A stretch of 64,000 bases of DNA, from the IMG/VR virus record IMGVR_UViG_3300006802_000089, positions 10,398 through 74,397 of that record. One strand, 5' to 3'. The position numbers and the translations under genes are program-made. Under the pieces are notes generated by a model. It was not told the DNA's origin, did no database searches, and was given only the letters and a program-made list of their open reading frames with translations. This DNA is from a virus. Below, in pieces: positions 42,971-52,839 of the stretch. Position 1 is the first letter of the stretch, and every line of letters begins with the position of its first letter.

Positions 42971-44212
42971 ATGATACGGTTAAAACATTTATTAATTGAA
43001 CAAACACGTGTTTCTCCAACTACTTACAACACTGTGTCTATTGAAACAACGATGCAAACTTTGACAAGGGACATTGCTAATTATAATCCTAATACTGGTT
43101 ATATTGCAATAACCAATGGTAATCTATGGCTAGCAACACAACGATCTAATTCTTTAAGAGATTTATTATTGCAGCCAGAAACACAAGAGAGTATTGGTAT
43201 TACAAGACCCATAAACCCTAATTGGATCCGAATCCAGCCACCTACAGTACAAGGAGAAGGCCAAGCCAATCAGAAAGTTGTAGGAACATTACAAGCTAGA
43301 TTATTTCGTCCGGAGGAAAGACAAGAAGAATATCCGTATCAAATCAATTATGAATGGCATGAAATAAATAATGTTCCTCATATCCTTGTTACAAAACAAG
43401 GATTAGGTGCACCTCAACCGCATAATGTTAATAAAACAGGAGCTAATAGTGAATTGGATGTCAATAAAGATACTGCTGTGTATAATAAAATGAAACAATT
43501 CCAAAACAAAATTCCGGAAAATAATACGAAGATCTTAAGAGCTCTTTCAGGAGCCGGAACAGCACAAGGCCCAGTTTACACGGATACTACATGGGGTATC
43601 ATGATACCAGTACCTCAGGATCTTTATAAATATGTTGCAAAACAAGGAACATTTATATATTTTACAGAAGAACAAAAAGATAGTTATATTAAAACTAAAG
43701 ATATGATAACAAAATATGTAGATAATACAGGAATTAGAACAGGTGAAAACTATACTGATTTTACTCAGGTTCGTGGCAGTGGAGATACTCAGTTTGGAAA
43801 CACAACGGGTAGGTCTGCAACTGCATGGGACAAACAAGGAAATTATAATAATAGTTCACAAGTAAACGTTGTATCATATGATAAATCTACAACTGGTAAT
43901 GTTCCTGGCCAGGTTATATCTGGCAAAGAGGAAAAATGGGAAACATTGGATGTTATTAACTTAGATGAAAATTATTTTATAGCAAACATGATAAGTTTGA
44001 AGCCGGATACATATAATACTATATTTGCAAATATAAAAAATATATTAGCAAACAAATTTGAACAAGAACAACTAGCATTCGTAGATTTAGCAGTTACAAT
44101 ACAAGGATTTGCATCAACAGCCCGTGCTACTAACAGATTATCCGGTGGTCTCACAACTCCTGATCATGATTACGGCGGCCGCGTGCCAGCAAATCTTTGG
44201 ATATATAGGTAA
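42971..44212 (+). CDS. Putative head-packaged protein with split OmpA-like motifs
   Basis: MIRLKHLLIE leader; N-terminal GNLWLATQRSNSL and C-terminal VTIQGFAS. Confidence 0.6.
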   Translation: MIRLKHLLIEQTRVSPTTYNTVSIETTMQTLTRDIANYNPNTGYIAITNGNLWLATQRSNSLRDLLLQPETQESIGITRPINPNWIRIQPPTVQGEGQANQKVVGTLQARLFRPEERQEEYPYQINYEWHEINNVPHILVTKQGLGAPQPHNVNKTGANSELDVNKDTAVYNKMKQFQNKIPENNTKILRALSGAGTAQGPVYTDTTWGIMIPVPQDLYKYVAKQGTFIYFTEEQKDSYIKTKDMITKYVDNTGIRTGENYTDFTQVRGSGDTQFGNTTGRSATAWDKQGNYNNSSQVNVVSYDKSTTGNVPGQVISGKEEKWETLDVINLDENYFIANMISLKPDTYNTIFANIKNILANKFEQEQLAFVDLAVTIQGFASTARATNRLSGGLTTPDHDYGGRVPANLWIYR

Positions 44213-44234
44213 ATACTTAATTCTGTTAAAATTA

Positions 44235-44798
44235 TTAATCAAAAATCGCGGTATAATAATCTTCCCACTCAGTGTAAAAATTTTTTCGGCCAACATAAGA
44301 TCTAAACGCAAATCCGGTACCGATATATTTGTTGTTAGGATCTAAAAGTGCATCTCTGTGAGCATCTGATGTCATCCATTGTCGTACATGTAACTCGGCA
44401 TTATGTTTTACCCGCGTTAGAAAATTTCCATTTCCATAAGTAATTACTTCATCCATTCCGTTACCAGAATGTTGATATTTGTTTTTACTCATCCATACCG
44501 AATGACGTTGAGCTTCTTTCATGAAATCGTCACGAGGAATAAGTGCATTCAATCCTCGTTTCGTTCTTTCATAATTAATGAAACGAATCATGATTTCTCT
44601 GTATGTTTCGATGTGTTGAAGATTTAACTCTGCAACACTGTCTGCGTATAATAAATCAGACAAATCAACTTCATGATAAGTATCACATAAACTATCTAAT
44701 AATTCAAGATGTACTTGTCTTAAAGAATCTCTATACTTAGTTTGGGAATGTGATAAAGTAACAATCGTTACGGCTAGTATTACTAATAACTTTTTCAT
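44235..44798 (-). CDS. CAP (SCP/PR-1) domain protein with signal peptide
   Basis: INYERTKRGL...AQRHSVWM...HS...WMTSDAHRDALL...IGTG. Confidence 0.85.
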   Translation of the reverse strand: MKKLLVILAVTIVTLSHSQTKYRDSLRQVHLELLDSLCDTYHEVDLSDLLYADSVAELNLQHIETYREIMIRFINYERTKRGLNALIPRDDFMKEAQRHSVWMSKNKYQHSGNGMDEVITYGNGNFLTRVKHNAELHVRQWMTSDAHRDALLDPNNKYIGTGFAFRSYVGRKNFYTEWEDYYTAIFD

Positions 44799-44890
44799 GG
44801 CTTTAATTTTTAATTTGTTAACTATTTAATTTTATATATTATATGTAATATTTTTCACAAATCCAAATATCACTGAAATTAAAAACGAAT

Positions 44891-44903
44891 ATATTTATAT
44901 TAA
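44891..44903 (+). promoter_or_regulatory. Late-promoter-like motif ATATTTATA (one of about 20 copies)
   Basis: ATATTTATATTAAATG, identical to the sequences at the starts of ORFs 52522..52824 and 53602..54300 on the minus strand. Confidence 0.7.
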
Positions 44904-46352
44904 ATGATTAGATTAGCCGATATACTGAAAGAATCCGAATATGCTCATTACCGCAATCTGCGTTACGGATTAACGGAACAAGAAGAAGGCAATTGGTTTA
45001 CTAACTGGATAAAAGACGCTGGCCAAGAATATGTTAAATATAAAAAAGCTGAAACTGAAGCACATATGGAACTGGCTCGTAAACTATACGAATATCGACA
45101 TGGCCTTTTAGATATAGCAGAAATAGCAACTCTTTTCTGGCCTCCGGTATCTGCAGCAATAGGTGCCGCTCATGCTGGACTATATTTTTATGAAGGCGAT
45201 CCTGAAATGGGTGTTTTATATTTAGTATTTGCTGGAATGACAGGACTTCCTCCTGCACCAATTAAATGGCTAGCTAAATATATAAAAGCTCTTAAAACCG
45301 GCGATCAAGTCGTAGCAAAAAGTATTGAACAGGGACTAGGACAAACTGAAAAAAAAGCATTAGAAAAAATGTCTGAAATGGGTGCAAGAAAATCAGGAGA
45401 AGAGGTAGTAAAATGGACATCAAAAGGCCTGGCTCAAAACGCTGATTTTTTTGCTAGAGAGGCATTTAGCAATCAAATAGGCAAATTTGCATCTAAATTG
45501 CCAGCACAATCATTAAAACCATCATATGGTCGAGTAGTATTAAATATACTCAAATATATATTCAGATACGCAGGGAAATTTTTGCTCGGTGGATCTAAGT
45601 TTGTCGGCACACTATATGTATTTCATCATATTTTAAAAGTGTATCATTGGTTATGGGAAACGTATTATTACGTCGGACAGAGTCCAGAAGAATTTAGTAA
45701 AGAATTAGGATTAGACAACACAATAAATTGGGATTCAGCAGATCCAATATTAAAACAAGTGATTACTGGTGAGTCTACTGAAAAAAATACTATTAAATTA
45801 TCAAGTTTAATATCAGAAAACTCAAATATGCCTGATTTCCTAGGAAAAATATTCGATGCAGTCGAAGATTGGTCATCACAATTAGATGAAACGTCAAACT
45901 CAATTATTGAACTAATGACAACTAAATCAGAGTTGTCTGACAATGAAATTAAATCGATAGCTAAGACTATACTAAGTAAACACATGGATATGAGCAATGC
46001 GCCTAGAAAAAAACGAGCATATATAGATTCTGGTGATGTTACTCAGTCTGTAGCTGCAACTGATCCAAATGCAAAACAAGCTGCAGCTGCATTATACAAG
46101 TCCATGAAAGGCTTAGGCACCGACGAAACATTGTTGTTTAAAACTTTACAAGACATGATAGATAATCCAACTTGGGGATATCAAGCAGTTGTCGAATTTA
46201 ATAGTAACTCAAAATACAATGAGGGTGATGATTTAAAATCCTGGTTAGAAGGTGATTTATCATTTGGATCAGAACGAAAAGCATTGGAAATGCTTGATCA
46301 GATCATGAATACTGCTAATAATACTAGTAACTCCGGCGGTGGTGGATGGTAA
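44904..46352 (+). CDS. Putative head-packaged protein with a pre-toxin-like hydrophobic hairpin and a C-terminal annexin-like repeat
   Basis: MIRLADILKE; HGLLDIA...AGLYFYEGD; LYKSMKGLGTDE...LKSWLEGDLS. Confidence 0.65.
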   Translation: MIRLADILKESEYAHYRNLRYGLTEQEEGNWFTNWIKDAGQEYVKYKKAETEAHMELARKLYEYRHGLLDIAEIATLFWPPVSAAIGAAHAGLYFYEGDPEMGVLYLVFAGMTGLPPAPIKWLAKYIKALKTGDQVVAKSIEQGLGQTEKKALEKMSEMGARKSGEEVVKWTSKGLAQNADFFAREAFSNQIGKFASKLPAQSLKPSYGRVVLNILKYIFRYAGKFLLGGSKFVGTLYVFHHILKVYHWLWETYYYVGQSPEEFSKELGLDNTINWDSADPILKQVITGESTEKNTIKLSSLISENSNMPDFLGKIFDAVEDWSSQLDETSNSIIELMTTKSELSDNEIKSIAKTILSKHMDMSNAPRKKRAYIDSGDVTQSVAATDPNAKQAAAALYKSMKGLGTDETLLFKTLQDMIDNPTWGYQAVVEFNSNSKYNEGDDLKSWLEGDLSFGSERKALEMLDQIMNTANNTSNSGGGGW

Positions 46353-46371
46353 AATATAAATAATAAAAATT

Positions 46372-47946
46372 ATGATACGATTAAAAAGAATACTAGAACA
46401 AAAATCTTCATATAGTAACATTGATAAGTTAGATAAAAATTTCGAAATTAAATTATCAAGCTTGATATCAGAACAAATCACAGATACAAATCAAGCCGGT
46501 AAAACAGTAGACGCAGCTGCGGCAGATTTACACGATTCAATGGATTGGCTGGGAACAGACGAAGACTTATTATTCGCTACTTTAAAAGCAATGGCTGATG
46601 AACCGGCTTGGGGTCAACAAGTTATCGATCGATTTAATAGTGCTGAGAAATACAGTGAAGGTGATGATTTGAATGATTGGTTGGATGGAGATTTGTCTGG
46701 CAATGATTTGACAAAAGCAAAGGCGTATATAAAGACCATCGAAGCTGTATCGTCCGATCAACAAGAATCGAAATCGATTGATGAAAAATTAATGCTAGAA
46801 ATAAGAGAAAACGCACAACAGCTTTATGGAGCTCCATCTGAAGATTTAGCGGACCAGATATTCGGTTGGCTTTGGTGGGAGAATGGATTAAAGATATTAG
46901 GAGTTTTAACAATTGCGCTGGCTGCAGGTGCTGGCCTGGAGAGGCTGGGGGTGGACCTGAAAAACACTGCCCTAGGTAAGGGTGTTAAAAAGTTACTTGC
47001 AATACCGGGATGGATTTTTAAAAAAGCATGGATTAGTGGAGTGTCATGGCCCTTATTCCGAGGTGTTTTAAGAATTCCTTCAAAATATATGCCATGGCTG
47101 ATCAAATTTTCAAGTAAAACATTTCAACGAAACTGGATTAAAGAATCGTTATTAAAACCATTTCGCAATGTTATGAATAAATACGAAAAAGAATCCTATG
47201 AACATACAAAAATAAAAACATGGATAGACAATATTTCAGTTGCCTTAGATAAAGAATCTGATACTGTAGATGCATTAGTAACCAGTGTATATAATAAACT
47301 AAAAACATCTGCTTATGAAGTATTATATAATCTACGCAATGGAAAGATGTCGCAGTACGCCACCCTGCCGGCCAGCATGGAAGCGGGTTTTGTAGAAATT
47401 TTAGGAGATTTATATCGAATAGATCCAGCAAGATTTGGTAAATCATTTGCAGAAGAGATGATGACAAAATTAGAAGTCACAGCTGAAAGTCGTTCTAAAA
47501 TTTTAGCTGAATTAGAAAAGTTTTATCCAAAAGTTGAAAAAGAATCGGAAACAATAATTCGAGCGTACAAAGAATTGCCTACGGCAGTAAAAGAATTACC
47601 AGGATATGAAAATATATATAACAGATATTCTAACAAAATAGCAAATGCTGAAGAAACAATTGAATTATTATATAATAATATAAAAACTGGAAATTTAGGG
47701 CCTGGTTCCGGACTTCCAAATTACTTTAATCGAATTGCTAACTCGATCGAGCGGCCGTCGACAACCAATCCATCCAAATGGTATAATGAGTTTGGTCAAT
47801 ATTCTGATAACGTTCGTATTCAAATAGGTTGGGATCCTATTAAACAACGGCCGTTTGACCACGCTGTGAAAAGATTTCAAAACGAGATGAACCGAGATCA
47901 GATGTTATGGGATCTTAACAATACCATGAAATCAGCTATTAAATAA
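46372..47946 (+). CDS. Putative head-packaged protein with an N-terminal annexin-like repeat and a TM segment
   Basis: MIRLKRILE; LHDSMDWLGTDE...LNDWLDGDLSG. Confidence 0.65.
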   Translation: MIRLKRILEQKSSYSNIDKLDKNFEIKLSSLISEQITDTNQAGKTVDAAAADLHDSMDWLGTDEDLLFATLKAMADEPAWGQQVIDRFNSAEKYSEGDDLNDWLDGDLSGNDLTKAKAYIKTIEAVSSDQQESKSIDEKLMLEIRENAQQLYGAPSEDLADQIFGWLWWENGLKILGVLTIALAAGAGLERLGVDLKNTALGKGVKKLLAIPGWIFKKAWISGVSWPLFRGVLRIPSKYMPWLIKFSSKTFQRNWIKESLLKPFRNVMNKYEKESYEHTKIKTWIDNISVALDKESDTVDALVTSVYNKLKTSAYEVLYNLRNGKMSQYATLPASMEAGFVEILGDLYRIDPARFGKSFAEEMMTKLEVTAESRSKILAELEKFYPKVEKESETIIRAYKELPTAVKELPGYENIYNRYSNKIANAEETIELLYNNIKTGNLGPGSGLPNYFNRIANSIERPSTTNPSKWYNEFGQYSDNVRIQIGWDPIKQRPFDHAVKRFQNEMNRDQMLWDLNNTMKSAIK

Positions 47947-47951
47947 ATTTA

Positions 47952-48503
47952 TTATTTCTTAACAAATCCGTTCAAAAAGTCTTTTTGCCGTTGAACTGCT
48001 TGATCTAATTCGGTATTTTTTCGTTTAACAGATTTTGATTTTTTCTTAGTGTCATTTGAAGTGCTGCGGTTAGCAGCATTTTTTGTGGCATCAGATTTTC
48101 TTGATGTGCTAGTTGTATTTGAGCGGTCATTGCTATTAGAATCTGATCTAACGCCTGTTGTTTGAGTTGGTATGCTATCAGTTGTCCTTCTGGACTCTGC
48201 ATGTATTGTTCTATCCGCAGTTTCTGGTTTAACTCCTCGGCGGACCGTTTCTGATTCGAGTAGGATACCGTAGTCTGCGTGTTCCGACTTGTAATCACCG
48301 ATTTGAATGCCGCACGTATACGTGAAACCAGCTGCTTTAATTTTGTAACGAACATGTTCATGTGTTTTATATGTTTCTACTAGTTCTCCACGAATAAATT
48401 CGCCTAACCAAGTCATACACACAAAATCTCCAGGATTGAATTGTGGTTTTTTGAATTTTGCCTGTATGTACTTAGGAACTTCTTGTTTTTTCTTTTTTGC
48501 CAT
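47952..48503 (-). CDS. Hypothetical protein (SH3-like N-terminus, disordered basic tail)
   Basis: FNPGDFV...GELV...YKIK. Confidence 0.55.
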   Translation of the reverse strand: MAKKKKQEVPKYIQAKFKKPQFNPGDFVCMTWLGEFIRGELVETYKTHEHVRYKIKAAGFTYTCGIQIGDYKSEHADYGILLESETVRRGVKPETADRTIHAESRRTTDSIPTQTTGVRSDSNSNDRSNTTSTSRKSDATKNAANRSTSNDTKKKSKSVKRKNTELDQAVQRQKDFLNGFVKK

Positions 48504-48504
48504 A

Positions 48505-48990
48505 TCAATTAGGACATAAAACCGGATTGATACCGATTATGCTATAAACTCGTAGATATTTAGTTAATTTGTCTTTGCGAAACACTTTTTCGGTGTTTAA
48601 ATCTCTGCTCAAGATATATCCGTTATCAAAGAAATTGTATACTATGTGACGTAAAGCCTTCAAGCTATTAGATTCCAATAAAACTTGTTCTTCATCTATC
48701 AGTATGTCTACTCGTTTATGAGTTTCGGGTATATCTTCCGATTCAACTTCAAAATACCCTCGTTCTGAATCATCGTCATCGTCTGGATCTTCTTCTAAAT
48801 TTTTAGTTAATTCATCAAAGAAGTCTCCTAGTATTTGCGAAAAGCCATCTTTCTGGATGGCATCATGTGATTCGAATATATCTGCTAGATATTGAAATTT
48901 TTCTGCCGGACTATGTTTCAACATGCTTTGGTATTCTTTTTTGCTAACCTTGATATGTTGAAAAACATTTTTCATTGCATTATACTTCAT
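48505..48990 (-). CDS. Hypothetical protein
   Basis: ORF track. Confidence 0.6.
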   Translation of the reverse strand: MKYNAMKNVFQHIKVSKKEYQSMLKHSPAEKFQYLADIFESHDAIQKDGFSQILGDFFDELTKNLEEDPDDDDDSERGYFEVESEDIPETHKRVDILIDEEQVLLESNSLKALRHIVYNFFDNGYILSRDLNTEKVFRKDKLTKYLRVYSIIGINPVLCPN

Positions 48991-49147
48991 CTGTTACGGT
49001 ATATAGTTTCATGAATTCATTTACGTGCAGATTCTTAATTTTCGCAAAATGTTCTGCTGCTTCGTAAATATTGAAAGCTTTGCATTTTGCTATGATTTCC
49101 TTCGAAGAATCATTGCTAGCATAAAAGCCGAATACTATCTTGTCCAT
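48980..49147 (-). CDS. Small hypothetical protein (55 aa, not in the ORF track)
   Basis: Manual translation MDKIVFGFY...EAAEHFAKIK...; late motif 4 nt upstream. Confidence 0.6.
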   Translation of the reverse strand: MDKIVFGFYASNDSSKEIIAKCKAFNIYEAAEHFAKIKNLHVNEFMKLYTVTDEV

Positions 49148-49150
49148 TTA

Positions 49151-49528
49151 TTATAAATATAATCCAAGTTGGTACTTCCTCTGAATGCTGGTGATAGTAT
49201 CTTCTATAGTTTCATATAATCGATTCAATTCCGTTACATTTAAACGAACATATTTTGACTTAAGTTTGATCTCATGTTCATTCATAGGCAATTGCACTGC
49301 CTCTGCAATAGATGTTTTTAAAACGGTTTGCATGAAAGATAAATCACGCATAGTAACTTCTTCTCGTTGTCCTGCTACTATCAATGTTCCAATCACCGTA
49401 GATTGTGGATTTTCTAAAAAATTCTTTTCTAGTATATCCTTGAATTCGAAATCAATTTCTGCCCAAGTATTGCCATATTTCTCTCGATATTTATCAGATA
49501 TAGCCCAAGGTTGGTTTACGCTGTTCAT
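49151..49528 (-). CDS. Hypothetical protein
   Basis: ORF track. Confidence 0.6.
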   Translation of the reverse strand: MNSVNQPWAISDKYREKYGNTWAEIDFEFKDILEKNFLENPQSTVIGTLIVAGQREEVTMRDLSFMQTVLKTSIAEAVQLPMNEHEIKLKSKYVRLNVTELNRLYETIEDTITSIQRKYQLGLYL

Positions 49529-49617
49529 ATTTGTATTTATTTTATTCGTTTTTGTTTGATTATTGTGTTCATATAACTTATTAGGTAGTTAGATCAGACG
49601 TTGTTATAAGTGCGGTA

Positions 49618-49890
49618 TTACCTAGTATACGGTAATTGTTCATTTTCTAACAATTCGTCATACGGTATCGTGCATTGTATTTCTCCGCTATCTATTAGCA
49701 TCTTAGTTAGATTGCGATCTATAAAAATTCGATTGGATCTTGCAGTGTTCACACAAGTTACACATGACCTGGATTCTAATAGCACATCATAATATGCATT
49801 TTTATGAATTAGAAACTTTTTGATAACTACTCCTACTTCGTTTTTACCTTCGTTATTAACGATAACCATATTTCCTTCTTTGTATGCCAT
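49618..49890 (-). CDS. Small SH3/KOW-like hypothetical protein
   Basis: YKEGNMV...GVV...YDVLL. Confidence 0.55.
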   Translation of the reverse strand: MAYKEGNMVIVNNEGKNEVGVVIKKFLIHKNAYYDVLLESRSCVTCVNTARSNRIFIDRNLTKMLIDSGEIQCTIPYDELLENEQLPYTR

Positions 49891-50099
49891 TATTCGATAA
49901 TTTTAATGATTTTACTTTGTGTAACTCCTTTAACTTCGTAATCAAACCGATAACCTGCAAAGTCTTTTATTACTTTTGATTCTGCTTCTGTAACAGATAG
50001 TGCTTCTACCAAATATGTTTCGGTAATTTTCTTTTCTTTTACTCCTTTTGGAGTATCAATCTCGTCGATTAATTGTACTTTTGCAACATAATATGCCAT
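49890..50099 (-). CDS. DUF4494-like protein (Bacteroidota-associated family)
   Basis: ETYLVEALSVTEAE...SKI motif. Confidence 0.75.
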   Translation of the reverse strand: MAYYVAKVQLIDEIDTPKGVKEKKITETYLVEALSVTEAESKVIKDFAGYRFDYEVKGVTQSKIIKIIE

Positions 50100-50167
50100 A
50101 ACCTTTAAAATTTATTTAGTTTCTATAAATAATATAGAAAATTTACAGGAAATATCCAATCGAATAA

Positions 50168-51127
50168 CTATTTTTTAACAAGATTTTTCAATCTGTTCTG
50201 ACTTCGATAAAAAGTATAAGATCTTAATATTTGATTTGGAGTTAAACCAAAATTATGTGCTAAATTATCTAGTATATCTGCTACTAGGTGCTCTTTATCT
50301 AGCGTATTATATATTTTACCACTTAAATTTTTAATAATTTTTTCTAACAATGTTAAATATCCACCAGGTAACCGATTTAACACTCTAGATTTTGCAACTC
50401 GACCTGAAAATGTTTCATTTCCACGTTGTTCATTAATTATTTTTTGTGCTACTTTTACTGTTTCTCGAAGAATTTGTGGATATGTATATTGCATATGCAC
50501 ATAATCATCAGTTTCCATTATCAAAGTACCATCTTTACGGAAAGATTCTTCAGGACCTTCATCAGGTATATCTGCTCCTTCTTCTGGAACTTCGGCTCCT
50601 ATAGGTTCTGCGCCTGGTTCTCCTCCGGTATCCGGAGCTGGTTCTGGTGCTCCTCCTCCTCCAGTATCTAAATCTGCGGTAGTCATTCCTCCTCCTCCGG
50701 TAAAATCAGAGCCGCCACCGGTATCCATTGCTCCTCCGCCGGCGCTAGCATCTGCACTTTCTTCTCCGTCTGTGCTAAAAGCAGCTAAATCTTCGGTAGG
50801 TACATTGCATTTTATAGTATAATCTGTATTTCTGCTGTAACCAGTATAAGGAACTATACTAATTACTTTGGCTCGTAACAACTGGGTTAATACGTCAGTA
50901 GTTAAATTATACATTGCACCACTTCTGTTTATGAATTCTTGTATGCCGGCTGGCGATAATGAATATAGTATGCCTAATGATTGATTCTGTGTTTTTCCAA
51001 ACTGTCCTAAAAACTTTTGTTGTTCTGGAGTATATACCGATTCTTTCCCGGTAATTTCAATTTCTTTACTGGTATTTTCTGCCTCTGCTAGAATTTCATT
51101 CAATATTTCTTCGAATAACTCTCTCAT
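50168..51127 (-). CDS. Hypothetical protein with Gly/Pro/acidic linker
   Basis: ORF track. Confidence 0.65.
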   Translation of the reverse strand: MRELFEEILNEILAEAENTSKEIEITGKESVYTPEQQKFLGQFGKTQNQSLGILYSLSPAGIQEFINRSGAMYNLTTDVLTQLLRAKVISIVPYTGYSRNTDYTIKCNVPTEDLAAFSTDGEESADASAGGGAMDTGGGSDFTGGGGMTTADLDTGGGGAPEPAPDTGGEPGAEPIGAEVPEEGADIPDEGPEESFRKDGTLIMETDDYVHMQYTYPQILRETVKVAQKIINEQRGNETFSGRVAKSRVLNRLPGGYLTLLEKIIKNLSGKIYNTLDKEHLVADILDNLAHNFGLTPNQILRSYTFYRSQNRLKNLVKK

Positions 51128-51318
51128 ATATCTTTTGCTTCATTTAAACATGCAGTACGATAATTTCCAGATAATTTTTTTAATTCTAAAATAGATTTTC
51201 TCGCACGACTACCTGCAGCTTTCACACGTTTATTGTAAAAACGAGTATGATTTTCTTCAAAAGTTTCCCAAAGCTGTTTCATTTGTGTGTATAATTCTTG
51301 TGAATCCATATCAATCAT
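51124..51318 (-). CDS. Histone H1-like (Hc1 family) DNA-binding protein
   Basis: KAAGSRARKSILELKKL...YR. Confidence 0.75.
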   Translation of the reverse strand: MIDMDSQELYTQMKQLWETFEENHTRFYNKRVKAAGSRARKSILELKKLSGNYRTACLNEAKDI

Positions 51319-51520
51319 TTAAAATTGCGTTTCTTTCTAAATCTACATGTGCAGATGCAATACGTTCTGCTAATGTTATATAGGGCTGAAATGTAATTAT
51401 TTCTAATCCGCTACTAAGTTTTACCGTAGTAGAATTATTATTGTTACAAAGATATACTATATGTTCCGTGTTTACCATGTATTGGTATCCGTCTTCGTCA
51501 GTTATTTGTATGAGCTTCAT
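51311..51520 (-). CDS. Small hypothetical protein
   Basis: ORF track; MVNTEHIV. Confidence 0.55.
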   Translation of the reverse strand: MKLIQITDEDGYQYMVNTEHIVYLCNNNNSTTVKLSSGLEIITFQPYITLAERIASAHVDLERNAILND

Positions 51521-51543
51521 ATATAAACATTTAATCTAATATT

Positions 51544-51969
51544 TTATGCACTAGCAGACCGGTTAGGATTCATTGGATCATATGGACCGGAAACGGTGCT
51601 AGGATCAATTTCTATGTCAGTACCTGTTGGTCTAGATGATGCATCTGCATCAGATCCTTCTAATTCGGCTCTATTGATAGTAGCACCAGGCAACTGATCT
51701 AGTTCTTTTACTAGTCCTTCTAGATATGATTGTGAAGCTCTACCATGTTTCAACCAATCTAATATCTGAAACCAAGTTTTTGTACTACCTCCAGATGTAT
51801 ATGTAAAATCTACTGGAAATACTTCTTTGTTATTTTTCATCCAATCTATAATTTTTACATAATGTAATTGATTTGCTGTAGCTTCTTTGATAATTCGTTT
51901 GGCTCTAGCAATTTCTTCAGCTATAATCTGCTGGTGTCTAGGATTGGTTAAATCTAATAGTTTTATCAT
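51544..51969 (-). CDS. Hypothetical protein
   Basis: ORF track. Confidence 0.6.
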   Translation of the reverse strand: MIKLLDLTNPRHQQIIAEEIARAKRIIKEATANQLHYVKIIDWMKNNKEVFPVDFTYTSGGSTKTWFQILDWLKHGRASQSYLEGLVKELDQLPGATINRAELEGSDADASSRPTGTDIEIDPSTVSGPYDPMNPNRSASA

Positions 51970-52328
51970 TTTAAATTTTCTAGTTTATATATTGTACTAT
52001 AAATTAATTCAATTACTCCATCATATAAATTTTGTAAATATGAATCTTCTGGCAATTTATTGTATGCTTTTTCTGAAAACAATGCTAATCCTTTGAAATA
52101 ATTAACAATATTTTTATCTCCGTAATTTTCAAATTTTGCCGGCGCAGTATAATTCATTAATATGCCATGCTTACCTTGGTACGCTTCGACAATTGCATCT
52201 ATCATATCAACTATACCTTCATAATAACCTTGTAATGCTACATGTTCGGCATAAGATTTTGTTTGCAAATGATAAATATGTGCTTGTGTTCTACTTGCAA
52301 ACAATGTAGATATAAATTTTTCTATCAT
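51966..52328 (-). CDS. Ferritin/Dps-like protein (DUF5856-like)
   Basis: AHIYHLQTKSYAEHVAL..YY...D..VEAYQG...YKL. Confidence 0.75.
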   Translation of the reverse strand: MIEKFISTLFASRTQAHIYHLQTKSYAEHVALQGYYEGIVDMIDAIVEAYQGKHGILMNYTAPAKFENYGDKNIVNYFKGLALFSEKAYNKLPEDSYLQNLYDGVIELIYSTIYKLENLK

Positions 52329-52360
52329 GATTAATATTCTTTATTATAAATATATGTATA

Positions 52361-52525
52361 TTAGTTTTCTGGTACTGTTATAACAATTTCATTGTCTTTG
52401 CGTTTTAGTTTGAAATCACTAGGTATTAATCGTTCAAGATATTCTTGGTAATACTGATTTCGATCGAACCTTGGTTTCTCAGATTTTTTCTTTTTTTCGG
52501 ATATTATGTCTCGTAAACTAATCAT
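52361..52525 (-). CDS. Small protein with the shared N-terminal leader (54 aa, not in the ORF track)
   Basis: Manual translation MISLRDIISEKKKKSEKPRF... Confidence 0.65.
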   Translation of the reverse strand: MISLRDIISEKKKKSEKPRFDRNQYYQEYLERLIPSDFKLKRKDNEIVITVPEN

Positions 52526-52824
52526 GTAATATTCTGATAATCTAAGTAACGTTCAATGAATTTATATGCTTGTGCGGTATCAAACAGTTTATGTCGATAT
52601 TTTAAATAGCCTATGAATTCCTCCGGAGAATCTGAATTGTTTCTCATACTCATTAAAGTGTCATAACGATTCCATGCAGTTATGTCTTCATTATCTACTA
52701 AATCATCAAGTTGATTTTCTAACCATTCTTCATAGTTACCTAGTATGGTTTCAAAATTATCACGAACCAAATCGACCACATCTTCATGTGCTGTTTCTGT
52801 CAATATGTCTCGTAATCGTATCAT
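52522..52824 (-). CDS. Hypothetical protein with the shared N-terminal leader
   Basis: MIRLRDILTE. Confidence 0.7.
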   Translation of the reverse strand: MIRLRDILTETAHEDVVDLVRDNFETILGNYEEWLENQLDDLVDNEDITAWNRYDTLMSMRNNSDSPEEFIGYLKYRHKLFDTAQAYKFIERYLDYQNIT

Positions 52825-52839
52825 TTAATATAAATATGA

